Assembly (NCBI GenBank): GCA_951804945.1
Contig: OX638160.1
Span: forward strand, 31,496,001-31,560,000
Direction of reading: 5' to 3'
DNA from: Podarcis cretensis
Lineage: Eukaryota
Length of the DNA: 64,000 bases
Positions 11,846 through 24,390 of the stretch are shown in pieces. The notes beneath the pieces were generated by a model. The model worked only from the letters and a program-made list of their open reading frames with translations. It did not search any database and was not told where the DNA came from. Every line of letters starts with the position of its first letter. The first letter of the stretch is position 1. A program made the translations under genes and the position numbers.

Positions 11846-12447
11846 GTTACAACTGCCAGATTCAGGAGACTTCATTCTCTCTCAATCTGTTTCTCAAAGC
11901 CAGAATAAGAAAATCCACACCAGTACCCAATTTTTGCCTTCACTCTCTGTTTAAATGGATCGCTGTGAAGTCTGTAATGAAAACAGACCATGCCTTCAGA
12001 TACTTACCTTGTCACAGCTATTGATCAGGCTGAAATATCCCTCAAACCAATCTGGAAAAAAGACTGGGCACCTTAATTACCACAGGCAAGGGATGAAATA
12101 CGTTCCAGTGCCACTTTCAGCAAATGGATATATCGCAGCAGGTCAAAGGGAATGGTTTTACAAATATGGACATAACTGCTTCCAAGACTGGACATTGCCA
12201 TTTTTTGTTTTGCATTCCGACATTTGTATATGGAAGCTGCTTTACACTGAGCCCCTATCTCTGGTCCACCTAACTGAATATTGGCAACAACTCTCCAGCT
12301 TCTCTTTCCCAGTTCACCACCATCCCTGGAGAGAGAGGGCTTTGTAACCTGCAGCTAGCTAACTATGCTACAGGATGTCCCTTTGTGCTCCAGCTAACAC
12401 CTGGGACTGGCCCTAACTCGCTCTGCACTGCTCCAGAGTGTGACTTA

Positions 12448-12886
12448 GGCTGCAACATCCACACCATATATTTAAAACACTATGATACCATTTTAAACAG
12501 CCATGGCTTCCACCAAAGAACTATTGGGAGGTGCAGTTTGTCAAGGGTGCTATAAGTCGTTAAGAGACTCCTATTCTCAGGGAGCTGAGGGCTGTTAGAG
12601 GAGACCATTTTGAGGCGTGTTTGCTTGTTTGTTTTGCAATCAAGCAGTATATAATTTTTACGAAATAATAAAATATTCCCATGCCAGAGCTACAATACCC
12701 ATATTTCTCTGAAACAAGAGATTGGTTGTTAAACTACTCTGAAAACTGTAGATCTGGGAGGGGACTAGGAGTCTCCTAACAACTCTCAGCACCTTAAGGA
12801 ACTACAGCTCCCAGAACTCTCTGGGGGAAGCCATGACTGTTTAAAGTGGTTTCATGGTGCTTTAAATGTATGGTGCAAATGTGGCC
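12448..12886. mobile_element. Long-TIR non-autonomous DNA element
   Basis: Arms of about 125 bp pair as imperfect inverted repeats (tttaaacagccatggcttcc / ggaagccatgactgtttaaa; aagggtgct..gttaagagactcc / ggagtctcctaacaactctcagcacctt); flanked by TA. Confidence 0.8.
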
Positions 12887-13084
12887 TAAGTCACATTCTT
12901 CAGCAGTGCTAAGGGAGGCAGGGAACAACCATTGATGAAAAGTATTTGATTTACCAATCAACTATAAACTGTCCTGTAACCAATGAGAAAAGTGGCACAT
13001 TTACTTATGTACTATTTAAAAATACCCTTAAGAGAACTATGTTTGAGACACAAGCACATTATTGCCATCAGTCATTCAGTGGGA

Positions 13085-13162
13085 GTAGAATCATAGAACT
13101 GTAGAGTTGGATGGGACCCCAAGGGCAATCTCGCTTAACCCTGTGAAATGCAGGAATCTCAG
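13085..13162 (-). mobile_element. CR1 LINE 3' tail fragment
   Basis: tagaatcatagaactgtagagttggatgggacccc is the reverse complement of a CR1 end with (ATTCTRTG)-type repeats. Confidence 0.6.
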
Positions 13163-13417
13163 TATCTGACATATAAGGCCGAAACAAGAACAATTCTGGG
13201 GAAAAGCTGGCCCTTTTAAATCTGCTGGATTTGCACTGGCGTTCATAGAACCATATGAATGCTGCTTCAAAAGAAAACTTTGCCAGATGTGTCTATGAAC
13301 GAACTAATTCTTTGTTCCTATGCATTAGTTTGCAGAGTCTTCTTGTGACCCGTTATCTTTCAGGTAATGTGGGTTGGTATGCCCTGAAAGCTACAGCTTC
13401 ACTAGATTTTAAGAAAC

Positions 13418-13596
13418 GGTCTCAGTGGTAGAACATCTCCTTTGCATGCAGAAGGTCCCTGGTTCAATTGCCACCATCTCCAGTAGGATTAGGAATGCCC
13501 CGTTGAGAGAGCTGTTGCCACTCAAGGTCAACAGTACAGAGGTAGATGGACAAATGGTGTGACTTGGAAGCATAAGGCAGCATCCTATGTTCCTAC
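13418..13596 (+). mobile_element. tRNA-derived squamate SINE (Squam3-like)
   Basis: tRNA-like head ctcagtggtagaacatct..tttgcatgcagaaggtccctggttcaat; 3' end tagatggac...ataaggcagcatcctatgttccta. Confidence 0.7.
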
Positions 13597-14574
13597 ACTA
13601 CTGTTCTGTGTCTCTGGCCACACTCTTACACACAATCTAGGTAAACATAACTCATGATGCAACTTCATTCCTCCTGTGCCATGTCCTATGTCCACTGCAG
13701 ACGGCCAGTGATATGAGGCTGGGGGAAAGCACTGCACAGAACAATTGTGCCACATCACACATAGTGTTTATCTAAAGAGGAGGGAAAGAAACAAAGAGCA
13801 ACAGCAACCCTGTGTCTCTCAAAACATCTGGTTGAGTCCTCTGTGGCTGGGTGATTCTGGTTCAGAGCAGTGACAGCATAAAGACATGGATGTTCCTTGA
13901 GCCCTGCAAACCTTGTATCAAGGGAGGCTGGTGAAAGAAAGCCCATTTGTACTTCCTCCGTGACAAGTGTCACAACATTTGCAAGGAGATGAGCATGAGT
14001 AATTTATTTTGACCGTTTCATAATGTATATTGTTGCCAAGCCTCTCTTGGAACATTAGACCATAGTGGATTGTTGTAAGGGAACAGCAAAACCTCTGTTA
14101 TGCATTTCCAGTTCGAGAACTGACTGAATGGCCACTTTAAAAATGTTTTCCAATGGTGCTCGATGCAAGTTAAATCAGTACAAAAGAATACCAAGTAGAG
14201 CAAATTTTTAAAAAGGGCAAGGATGCAATCTTTCAACATGCTGAGCACAAGAGTGCAGACTAAAATTTAAGGCTGTGGTTTTAAACCCTACTAATCAGAT
14301 GTTCAATTGAACACTATGTTATCTCCAACCAACTGTGGGTAAGATTGATGGGTAAAGCATTACAGTAAAGAGGAAAATGGGGCATGTAAATATATAAATC
14401 TCCACATCAAGCTCATGGGGCATTCATTTGAACATGAACGCTTATTCAAGCTAAGCATGTAAAATCTTATCCAGATAACTGAAATTCTGATCTCACAGGA
14501 ACGCTGGGTTTTTTCCATTTATAATTGAGGGTTTCGCATATCCCTATTTGAAAATATATCTTTGCGAGAAGAAA

Positions 14575-14968
14575 TGGCTAAGGAGTAAACCCTACACAAA
14601 CCCAGAGGGGAGTCACTAAGACAGTTGTATGGTGCATTGTATGCCTCCTTTTGGCAACTCCTGCAGCCAAGCTGGTGCCAAATGTATTGCTCTGCTTTCC
14701 TTTGGACCACATCAGTGAGGCCAAGAGGAGGGTCTTGTCATCTGGGCAGCCCAGGACGTCCATACTGACTGCCCAGGTTTGCACCCTGGAGATGTCATTT
14801 TGGTGCTGCTAACACACCAAAAGCAACACACGCAACAGCAGTTTTGAGTTATCAGTCTCTGCAGCCACAGCAGGCGCTGTGATTCTCCAGCGGTTTGACT
14901 TCACCCCCGGAGGCACACTCCATTATCTCTCGAGACAGATGGATGCTACCAACAATAACAACAACAAT
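14575..14968 (+). mobile_element. RTE-clade-related short retroposon
   Basis: 3' end ccattatctctcgagacagatggatgctacc followed by a (CAA)n tail resembles RTE-clade LINE ends. Family identity is from recall only. Confidence 0.55.
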
Positions 14969-15870
14969 TTCCTTGCTCAAATTAGTAATGAAAAACAAAA
15001 CTCTACCTCATTCACCAAGTTAACTGAATGTATACCCAAACACGCTATAAGGAAATGGGTGTGCAAAATTGGAAAAGACGATACTGAGAATTTTCTGCCC
15101 AGGTTTTGCACCTGCACTTTCAAGAATTCTAAGTGCAGCTTATTTTTCCACTTCCAAACATAATAACGAAACAAAGGCAGCGGGGGAGGGGGGGTGATAT
15201 GTATATCTCAAAGGGCAACTTGTATGCTTTATTGCATAGTGAACATGATTGCTGGGTCCAACTTTTCAACTCTCACAGGGGCCTCTATTCATTCTGCATG
15301 AAGGACACTTTGATTTACGTAGTTCACCATCTCTCTGCCTTGCTGTGCAGATTTGTCTAGGGAATTTGGTCATGTTGAGTTTGGATGACGTCCTTCCAAA
15401 ATAATTTCCTCTTTAAGATCTGTAATTTATATATCCGGTCACTATCATTCTCATCTAAACCCTGGACACCAAATAAAATGTGCAACAAGAGCCATACTTT
15501 AAATTGAGTAAAGGTTGAAGGGACAGCAACGCTGGTTTACCCACTAGCGTTCTCCCACAGGTACTCCCCCACCCACCCACAATGTCCCCTTTATCCACTC
15601 CCACTGGCCTTGATTCATGCATGGGAGGTTGCCACCAAGCTTTAAAAGGGGAGAACTTTAAAAAGAGATACATCCAACCCCCAATTTGCACAGGAGCTGC
15701 GTCCGTGGTCCCTGTGCACATCAGCAGAGTCCACATAAGCCTGCGTTCACCCTGTTACGCCCCGCCCCCATCCTGTCCTCTCCCAGGTCCAAAATGACCC
15801 GCATGTCGATAGAACACACTCAAAATCCTCGTTGCCTGTAGAGGATTAAGTTGAGGAAAAACAGGATTAC

Positions 15871-16702
15871 CTCAAGGCAACAGTCTTCCCATTCCTGTGA
15901 GTGCACATCACCAGCCTCGTCTGGTATCCAATCTGTATGTCCCAATATTTGTTCTCCTGTCTGTTCTGTCTGTTACGGTTCCTTTTCTTCTTCAGAAGCT
16001 CACGGGCTTCTGGATCCCTTATCGCTTTCTCCTTGTCCTTTTCCTTTTCTTTGTTCTTCCCTCGTTTCCTCGCTTGCCTTATGTGACGTGTGTGGGGCAC
16101 CGAACAGGAACTCCAGGGCCCCACATTCAGGCTGTACATGCTTTCCTCAGTGCTGCATGGAGATGAGTTGCAAACCTGGAACTCAGTCAGGTTAGCACAG
16201 GCAGAGCCTCCATATTGGGGCGGGGCAACAATGTGGCGGACGCGATGCATCAGCCCTTTGCCGCAGGTCTTGGAGCACTCTGACCAAGCCGAGAATTCGG
16301 ACACGATGCAGTCCTGCCGGCAAGGGATGAGGCATCCCTGTTCTAGCTGAGGCTTCGGCTCAAAGTACTCACATATAGTGTCCTCAGCAACAACACCATT
16401 CGATTTCTGGACACAGGTGATGTGTCTCCTCTGAATCCCTTCTTCCCCTCGGACGCACTCTGCGAGTTTTTCGACGCTCCTTGAAAGAACTGGCTGGCAT
16501 GGATTCCAGTCGCCCAGCTGCCAGTCGTATAGCTCCTTGTGCCGGTCACAAACCCGGAAACAGTTCTGCTGGTTGTCCGGCCTCTCTGCCTGCCTGCAGT
16601 TCGTGACCAGCGTGGTCCATCCTTCCACGTGGGCACACCAGACCGCTCGAGTTTGGATGCCTCCTGGGCCACATTCATCTCCCATGCACCTGCCCCATGG
16701 AC
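15871..16702 (-). CDS. THSD7A: THSD7A coding exon 2: N-terminal thrombospondin type-1 repeats plus basic coiled-coil segment
   Basis: Translation GPWGRCMGDECGPGGIQTRAVWCAHVEGWTTL...CIVSEFSAWSECSKTCG...KKKRNRNRQNRQENKYWDIQIGYQTR matches the recalled vertebrate THSD7A sequence. Acceptor tttcccag|GT at 16703/16702, donor TTGAG|gtaatc at 15871/15870; 832 bp, phase 1 in and phase 2 out. Confidence 0.97.
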
Positions 16703-18868
16703 CTGGGAAAACAAAGAGAGGAGTGGAGATTGAAATATCTGGCATTCCAATTGCTGTTTCCTCATTAAGACGCAAGTAGGAAGATGACCAAGTTAAGGTT
16801 CAATATGTGCCAGACTCTCTACATCGTTAAAATTAATGAGGGATAGCTGTTGGTGTCACTTCGCACAACAGACTATGGAAAAGCACACAACTATAGTTCT
16901 GTGCCACATTTTTCTCATCTTTCCGCAGATTGGGAATGTATTTGGATCTTGTTTCATGCAGTATAAATATCTGAACTCCTGGCATTCTTCTGAGAGAGGT
17001 CATGTTATCAAAATGTAAAGAATTAATGTGGCCTTAGTGATTTCTGCTCTCATGTTACATGTGGAATTTTGCATACATTTCCTATTAAGTTCTCCCTCCT
17101 TTAGTGATCTACCCAGTGCTAGAAAATGGTATAAAGCAGTAGCATGAACTGAGAAGTGAACCATATGATACACATATTTTGTGTGGGATGGGAGGCAACT
17201 GCCCAGGTCTTACACACGGAGAAGTCCACATCAACGATGACCAACAATGACCATAAATAAAGCATTGCCACATTGCTGATAACTCCCCATCCCAGAACCC
17301 CACTAACAGGAGTTGCATAAACAAACCTAATGTGGAAAATCACAAAACAAACATGATGCGGGGGGGGGGGGGCGCAATGTAACTTTGCCACAAATTGCCT
17401 AAATTAAACACACCACAGAAATGCAAACTGTCATTGTTGGATAATGCATCAACAATTAGACTTGTTGTTTTTTTAAGTAGGATACTTTCGCACCTCAACA
17501 AAAACAGTTGCTGGCCCCTTTCTTCCTTTGCTGGGGAAGAATCAAATGGTGGGGCCAGTAACCTTGCTTGAGAGAGGTTAATTCCAAATCAACTCTAGCA
17601 ACAGTTGCTTCTGACATGATTCAGATCCTCCCTAGGTTCCTCTCAGCCAGCAGCAAGCAGCTGCTGCCCCTGCCTATGTACTGGCATTTAGCTCCAGAGT
17701 GGCTGAAGACAAGTAACAGAGTAAGCCTGCTTATCAGTCTGCAACCACTTAGGACTTGGGCACAGCAGAAGTGGGAGCTTGAGTTGATCTTTTTGTACTA
17801 GTCCTGCCCCATTTTGTAGCTACTACATTACATCTCCATGGAGTCTTTAAGATACTGTCAAAAGAAAAGAAATTTAGTTTCATAGCATCCGGAAAGGATG
17901 CAGAAGCTTTAGTGAGGGGCTTACCCAAATGTTTCTTCCAGTTTCTCTGTCCCCTGTGAACTTAAGCATTCCATTAACTTGTGAAGCTTTAGTTTGCAGC
18001 AGGGAGATGGTTGAAGCTTTTCCAAATGTTGTCATAGCTTTCTTTTTATCTCAATCTGGCCTTTTTCAACTTGTGAAGGCAAAAGAGCAACCTCCAAATT
18101 ATTTATTTTTAAAAATAAATTACCATCAACAATCCTGCAGTCAAGCCTGTCACCCGTTCTCTCTACAGAGAGATAGCACATGAGAAATTCCTATTCATAA
18201 TCTCACATCTGAATTAGCTGCCAATAAAAGTTGGGGAGAATAAGACGAGATAGCATTTACAACAATCCTGGTGCAGTTTTTCAATTGTGTGTAAATGTTT
18301 TCTTTAAACTTGTTATTTGGTGTTTACATTAATTGACATTAAAAAAAGATTCCCATATGCAGAAGCCAGAAGGACTGAAGGAAAGCTATACAACACAAGT
18401 GGAGCCTATATACCATAATTTTTTTTTTGTCTTTCAATTTTACAAACATAAATTCTTCACATACTGCTTCTGATGCCAAATATAGATAGGCCTTTAAAGG
18501 ATTGTGAGCATATGGTTTTGGAGTAAGTTTTGTTTTTAACACCGGGGGGGGGTGTGTGTGTGTGACATTGACGCATGGTAAAGTGAAAAGGAAGGTGAAA
18601 CTCAAGCAAGATTTTAGCCCATTGGTCCCCCAAAGCCTTAAAATGGGCAGAGTCAGTAATATGGAGTCTAAAATACTGCATACCCTGCCTTAATTAGATG
18701 CTAGGGGGCAGAAGGAGGAGCAAGATGTAAACCCATGGCTGCAGTTGACTGCTTTAATTTATTCTGTTTTTAAGGGGGAGGATCAGTATTTAGCAGAGTA
18801 GAAAACATTGCGAAGTTAACTTGACTCCAAAAAGCTTATGGCACACAGAATGTATTAAGTCTTTAAGG

Positions 18869-19114
18869 CAGGGGTCAGCAAACTTTTTCAGCAGGGCGCT
18901 GGTCCACTGTCCCTCAGACCTTGTGGTGGGACAGACTATATTTTGGAAAAAAATGAACGAATTCCTATGCTCCACAAATAACCCAGAGATGCATTTTAAA
19001 TAAAGACACGTTCTACTCATGTAAAAACACGCTGATTCCCAAACCGTCCATGGGTCAGATTTAGAAGGCGATTGGGCTGGATCCAGCCCCCGGGCCTTAG
19101 TTTGCCTACCCATG
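18869..19114. mobile_element. hAT (Charlie-like) MITE
   Basis: TIR caggggtcagcaaact / agtttgcctacccatg; perfect 8-bp TSD CTTTAAGG at 18861-18868 and 19115-19122. Confidence 0.9.
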
Positions 19115-19427
19115 CTTTAAGGTGACACAAGACGTTTCCCTTGTTTTTGCAGCAAGTGACTTAAAGCGGCTGGCTCTGGACACTTCTACAAGATGATCAT
19201 TCTTAATTTGCTTAGCTTTTAAGGAGGTGTACTGTAGGAGTGGAAGAGGTGTGAATGCACATGCTTAAGTGTAAAAGGACAAAGCTATGCTTCACTAAAA
19301 CTCATGAAAGAAAAGGAGAATTTGTGGTTGAGAATTAGGCTGAGAATGGAGAAGGGGATACAATGAAAGGGGACAGATGGGAAAGTAGAAGGTCTCAAGG
19401 TGGGCAAGGAAATGTTAGCACGTTGTG

Positions 19428-20105
19428 CAGAGGTATGGAAGCTTTTTCAGTCTGTGAGACCCATTGTGGGTTACCTTCCAGCAGCTACCTTTCAGTGGTA
19501 GTAAAAGGTAAAGGTAAAGGGAGCCCTGACCATTAGGTCCAGTCGTGACCAACTCCGGGGTTGCAGAGCTCATCTCGCTTTATTGGCCGAGGGAGCCGGC
19601 ATACAGCTTATGGGTCATGTGGCCAGCATGACTAAGCCACTTCTGGCAAAGCAGAGCAGTGCACAGAAACGCCATTTACCTTCCCGCTGGAGTGGTACCT
19701 ATTTATCTACTTGTACTTTGATGTGCTTTCAAACTGCTAGGTTGGCAGGAGAAGGGACCGAGCAACGGGAGCTCACCCCATCATGGGGATTCGAACCGCT
19801 GACCTTCTGATCAGCAAGTCCTAGGCTCTGTGGTTTAACCCACAACGCCACCCGCGTCCCATCAGTGGTAGTAGGTGGGGCCAAAGACAAAAGTGGTCAG
19901 AACAATGGATGTCACTCTTACACTTCCACAGTAGGCTGTATCCTACTTTCTACACACGTGAGCAAGAGACATTGCCAATCACACATTCCAGCCGGAAAAA
20001 GCACTCAAGGAGAGTGCAAAGAAGGACTGGGAGACAGCAAGGCTACTGGAAAATAAGCCCTGGAAGGACACATTTGGCCACTGGCACTGAGGTTCCCCAA
20101 CCATG
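19428..20105. mobile_element. Older hAT-type element hosting a Sauria SINE
   Basis: Degenerate TIR cagaggtatggaagct / aggttccccaaccatg; degenerate TSD acgttgtg / ctgtagtg. Confidence 0.5.
19504..19860 (-). mobile_element. Full-length Sauria SINE
   Basis: Starts aaaggtaaaggtaaagg (rc of tail), ends cgccacccgcgtccc (rc of head); TSD TCAGTGGTAGTA at 19492-19503 and 19862-19873. Confidence 0.93.
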
Positions 20106-21164
20106 CTGTAGTGGAATGGGCTGGAGGGGAACAAATGACTGGACATGAATGCATGGTCACAGTGGGAAAATGGGAGCTGGACAACAAGAGGCAAAGGGAA
20201 ATATAAAGGAAGAGGTAGCGGGACAGAGGATGTGGGGCAGCAGGGGGGGAGTGAAAAGCACATGCAACCCACTGTTCTGTGTTACAAGTGGCCCATTGTC
20301 TTGAGAGTTTATATTTGCAATGTAAACTACTCCATTGCCATGCCTTGAGCTGGCTGTCCATCACTTCAGAGGGGCTTACAGAAGCATAGAAGCATCCCTT
20401 TTACATGTAAAAGGGATTACTCAAGTTTGTGTTTTTGTAGGTACCAGCAACACTACCAGCAACAATTCTCAGACTCTGCAGTCTGGTAGCCTAGTGAAAC
20501 TTGGGGCAATGATTAATTAAACCAAATTAATCCATGGATCTCTAATTAATTAAATCAAACAGAATGGTAGGAAGTTTTGTTTTGTTTTTGCTCTGGTGCT
20601 CAAGGGTAAAGGCACGACTTTGAGTTTACTGCTATCAGTTCAACGAAGCATTCAGGCAACAATTAAGTTTGCAACAGCAAAACTAGGCAGTGAGGGTAAG
20701 AAAATGACCTGCAGAATGTGCCGGGCACATGTTCTCATTGTCAAAACACTAGAATTTGCTGTGCATCTTAAATTGGTAAAAAACAATCATCACACAGATT
20801 TTAAATGGGACTACTTGGATGAATAACAAAGCAGGATTTGCAAGGGCCTTGAAGTGTTTCCAAATAACATTTTGACTGACTGTTAGTCATTGAAGCAATG
20901 CCATCTCAGATCCTGCTTCTGGCTACGTGTAAAGGAGACAGTATTACTGTTACATATTCATAACATTCAGCCTAGTTGGGAAGTTTCTAGCAGAATTATT
21001 TTAGATGAAAACGACAGTATTCATTGGCAGAAACAATTTTCACCACCCAAAGACTTCATTTCTTGTGCTTGAAGTACATTCTCAGGTTTGCATGGATTTC
21101 TATCTACACCATCAACACGCTACTGAAACTACCAGACAGAGCTTTCCAACATTTCAGATAGCAG

Positions 21165-21252
21165 TCTTTCTCAAGCCTACTTGGATTTGTCAGGGATTGA
21201 ACCTAGGATCTTCTGCATGTAACACAGATGTTCTACCATCCATAAAGTTACA
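21165..21252 (-). mobile_element. tRNA-derived SINE head (Squam3-like)
   Basis: gggattgaacctaggatcttctgcatgtaacacagatgttctacca is the reverse complement of the 13418 head. Confidence 0.6.
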
Positions 21253-21704
21253 GCTCCCTTTCCCACCTCTTTGTTCAAGGCTAGATTTGGTATTTCGGTC
21301 TAGAAGGAAACCCACAATAGCCTACAATGAACTCCACTTACCCAGTCAGACTATATTCTTGTCCCCTCCTTCTCTTTGGCCCTTGCCATACTTCACTGTG
21401 CTTCAGAAAGGTCTGCAGTTTATGAGAAGGTTCCAAAGCTTTAGCAGCTGTGAATGGACCCATTTTTTCCAAGATGCACACATAAATGTTCTGCTGCCTA
21501 TAGGGTGCCAGCCTACCCTGAAAAATTCTAGTTTAACCATCTGTTCTCAAGCCAGCGTATCTGAAATACTATTGCAACAATCTTTCAAAGCTTGAACAAT
21601 AATTGCAAGGATTTTTAACTCATTCACAGAATGTGTGGGCTGGGGGTAGGGAGGTGCATCATGGTGACTGTTCCTGAAACTGTGAGCAAAATATGCACAA
21701 AGTT

Positions 21705-22112
21705 GCAGAGATGGACAAATCTGTCAATTTCATTGTCTCTTAGCTTCTCATTTTTCCAGTCTTAAATTCAATTTGCCCAATCACCATATACATTTACGTT
21801 TCTGAGAAACAAGGTTTACATGGAAATGTACATGCATTTTCATTTAATATTTTTCCTAATATACACATTTGCATGTAATCTTGCCTAGCATATATGCTTT
21901 TCTGCATTCACTTACTATGATGCATTCTTGCACATTATTTTAGTGTGTGTATCTGTGTGTGCACTTTTCACTAACAAAAGTGTTTTGCACACATTATTTG
22001 GAGGGAGAACTGCATCACAAAATGTGGAAAAGTATGAATTTCAAAGGAAAGCTATGTTCCAGCTTGTATACTGGTTTGGGGGGGTGCAAATTTGGTAGTT
22101 TTGAGTTCAGAT
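21705..22112. repeat. Diverged interspersed repeat, probably DNA-transposon derived
   Basis: Internal semi-periodic units (atatacacattt / atatatgctttt / tgcacacattattt); resembles a common lizard repeat from recall. Confidence 0.4.
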
Positions 22113-24135
22113 GAATTGCATGCATACAGATTATTGATGTACAGCTGAGAATCCTGAAACTGGCCAAGTTCCTCCTCATGCAAAGGCTCTTTTCAGAACT
22201 TAGGCTAAACACATGGAGGAGGGGATGGGGGGAAAAGAATAGAGACTGCAATCTTGCTGCCCACTCCTTCCATTCATTCTACCCATTATTGTCACTCAAT
22301 TGGGGCTATAGAAGGACACAAATTACAATCACAAGCTTCTTTAGTGAGATGCACACTGAAGGACATGTCCCCAAACTGATTTAAAAACAACAACCGCAGC
22401 GCTACTTTCATATTGCTGGAGAACAGATGTGCCATTTTCCCAGCCAAGCCTACACAGCACATGCATCGCACGTTGTGATACAGGCAGCCTTTATTCTGCC
22501 ACCAGCTCTTGCATTATATAAAAAAAGCATTCACTGGTCTTCAATAGCTGTGTGGGATGTGGACTGACACAGATTTTATAACACAATCTCCGAGTGCAGA
22601 TTATTAATAGAATATGACACTTTTAGTCTCTGCGCTCTGTGTTGCAGAAGATTTGAAGCAAAAAACAACAACACTTCAACCCCGCAGAATGCACTACAGA
22701 AGAAAAAGACACTGGGTAGTCAAACATTTTGCTCGCAGACTTTAAAACCTTGAGCATTACATCCTTGATAGCAATGCCAGCTGGCAGAGACAGATTCAGC
22801 ACATGAAAAACCCCTGTGTGTTTTTGGCAGATTAAAGTTTGAATTAGGGTTTCCAAGGTTTAGCTAGATAGCCAGCAAAATAAATGTATGTTTTAAGCGC
22901 AAATACATTTCAGCAAGATTACCCTAGTTTATCTCTAAACAACCTCCCACAAATGACATGACTGTTGCTGTATGCGTTTTGTTCCAACTGTATTTACATC
23001 GCAGGCGAGCATAGGGTGGCAAGGTGTGGAGTTTTACCGAGGAACACTGCCCGCATTTGAAGAGAAGGAGACAAATGCATAAAATCATCACGCAATGCAA
23101 CGTTATCTCAGCCAAACGCAAAGCAAGCTCTTCTACCTGCCACACTGCAAGTCTCTGTCTTATCACATTACCACACCTTGCATATACTGTGTGTGTCCAA
23201 TTAAGCAGACCTCCTTTTTACAGACCAGGCTGCTGCTGGCCTACTCTAGATGAAGCATTACTTGCTTTTGTGTGACAAGAGTCTTGAAGCAATCCCACAT
23301 TCAAAAGAGACTGCAGCATATCGAACGGTTCTTGATGGCCTAAAACATGTCAGCCCCTGCCTTTCCCCCCCCCAAACCCACCTCCCCACAAACCAATCTA
23401 TTCCTGCAACTGCAAATGGTAAGCAAATAGAATTACATTATTGCGGCATGACACAGGACCCGAAGCAATGTAAATGAGAAAAAGTGCTTTCAAGTGTAGA
23501 ACTGGAAAAGGTGATAAATGACAGCATAAATTTAGCCGTATCTTATAGCTCTGATGGCACTTTAGGCTTAAGCAAGGGGTTTAAACATGTCCATAAAACA
23601 TGCTACAAACAGAGCACGTAAGAACCTGGAAGGTTTTTATAAAGTATTTTACTGTCCAATCTGATGAGTTTCTGAGCTGAGGCAGGAGCTTGTTAAGTGC
23701 TGGAGAGAGGAAACTCTTAACACAGCAGGAGGAGAGAAGGAAACTTCAAGGGAAGAAAGGCCAGAGCAATGGAAAGTTGCAGAAGTATAAGAATGGAATT
23801 CTGCAGCTTTGAAAATGAAGCATTGCATTTCCACACACATTTATTTCCCTATGGTGACACTGCAGAGGCAGCCACAACTAACTTCAAAACGATTTTCTTT
23901 TTTCCTCCTCCTCCTGGGAAAATTAGCAATCTGCCACATTTGAATAAGAAAAGCAGGCAAGGAAGAAGAGAACCAACAACATAGGACCCTATGGTGTCAA
24001 TGGGACATAGTCGGAAGGTACATGATAACAACAACCTTGATGAAGGCAAGCAGATCTGAGTCTGGTCAGCGCCAGGATGAGCCTGCAAGCATGCCATCCT
24101 GAGTTCCATCAGAAAGGCAAAGTATACATGCACGG

Positions 24136-24390
24136 AGGATGTGGTGAGGACCATCAGCTTAGATGGCTTTAAAAGCAGATTAGATGGATTCACAGGAGAT
24201 AAGGCAATCAATGACTACCAGTCACAATGGCTGTGTATTACTTTCACAGTATAAGAGAAGGCAACGTAAAAGAGGCACCTGCCTCTGGGGGAACAAGAAA
24301 GTCCTGTTGCCCTCATGTCCCGCTTAAGAGCTTCCCTTGGGCATCTGGTTGGCCACTGCTGGAAAACAGAGATAAAGCTTTGGCCTGATC
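24136..24390 (+). mobile_element. CR1 LINE 3' end (ORF2 end and 3' UTR)
   Basis: gatgtggtg...ttagatggctttaaaagcagattagat encodes DVV...LDGFKSRLD, like the CR1 ORF2 end; UTR ggcatctggttggccactg is shared with 40272-40448. Confidence 0.75.

Noticed and set aside
13418-13480. tRNA gene
   Set aside because: The tRNA-like head continues into a SINE body and tail, and the cloverleaf is degenerate.
16703-16775. N-terminal extension MRLNEETAIG... of the 302-aa ORF
   Set aside because: Lies upstream of a clear polypyrimidine tract and AG acceptor; intronic read-through, with no signal peptide.
15851-16779. Overlapping plus-strand and alternate-frame ORFs over exon 2
   Set aside because: Shadow ORFs of a GC-richer coding exon with no recognisable protein features.
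21005-21595. 196-aa plus-strand ORF
   Set aside because: Crosses a SINE fragment, has no recognisable domain and no evident splice context.
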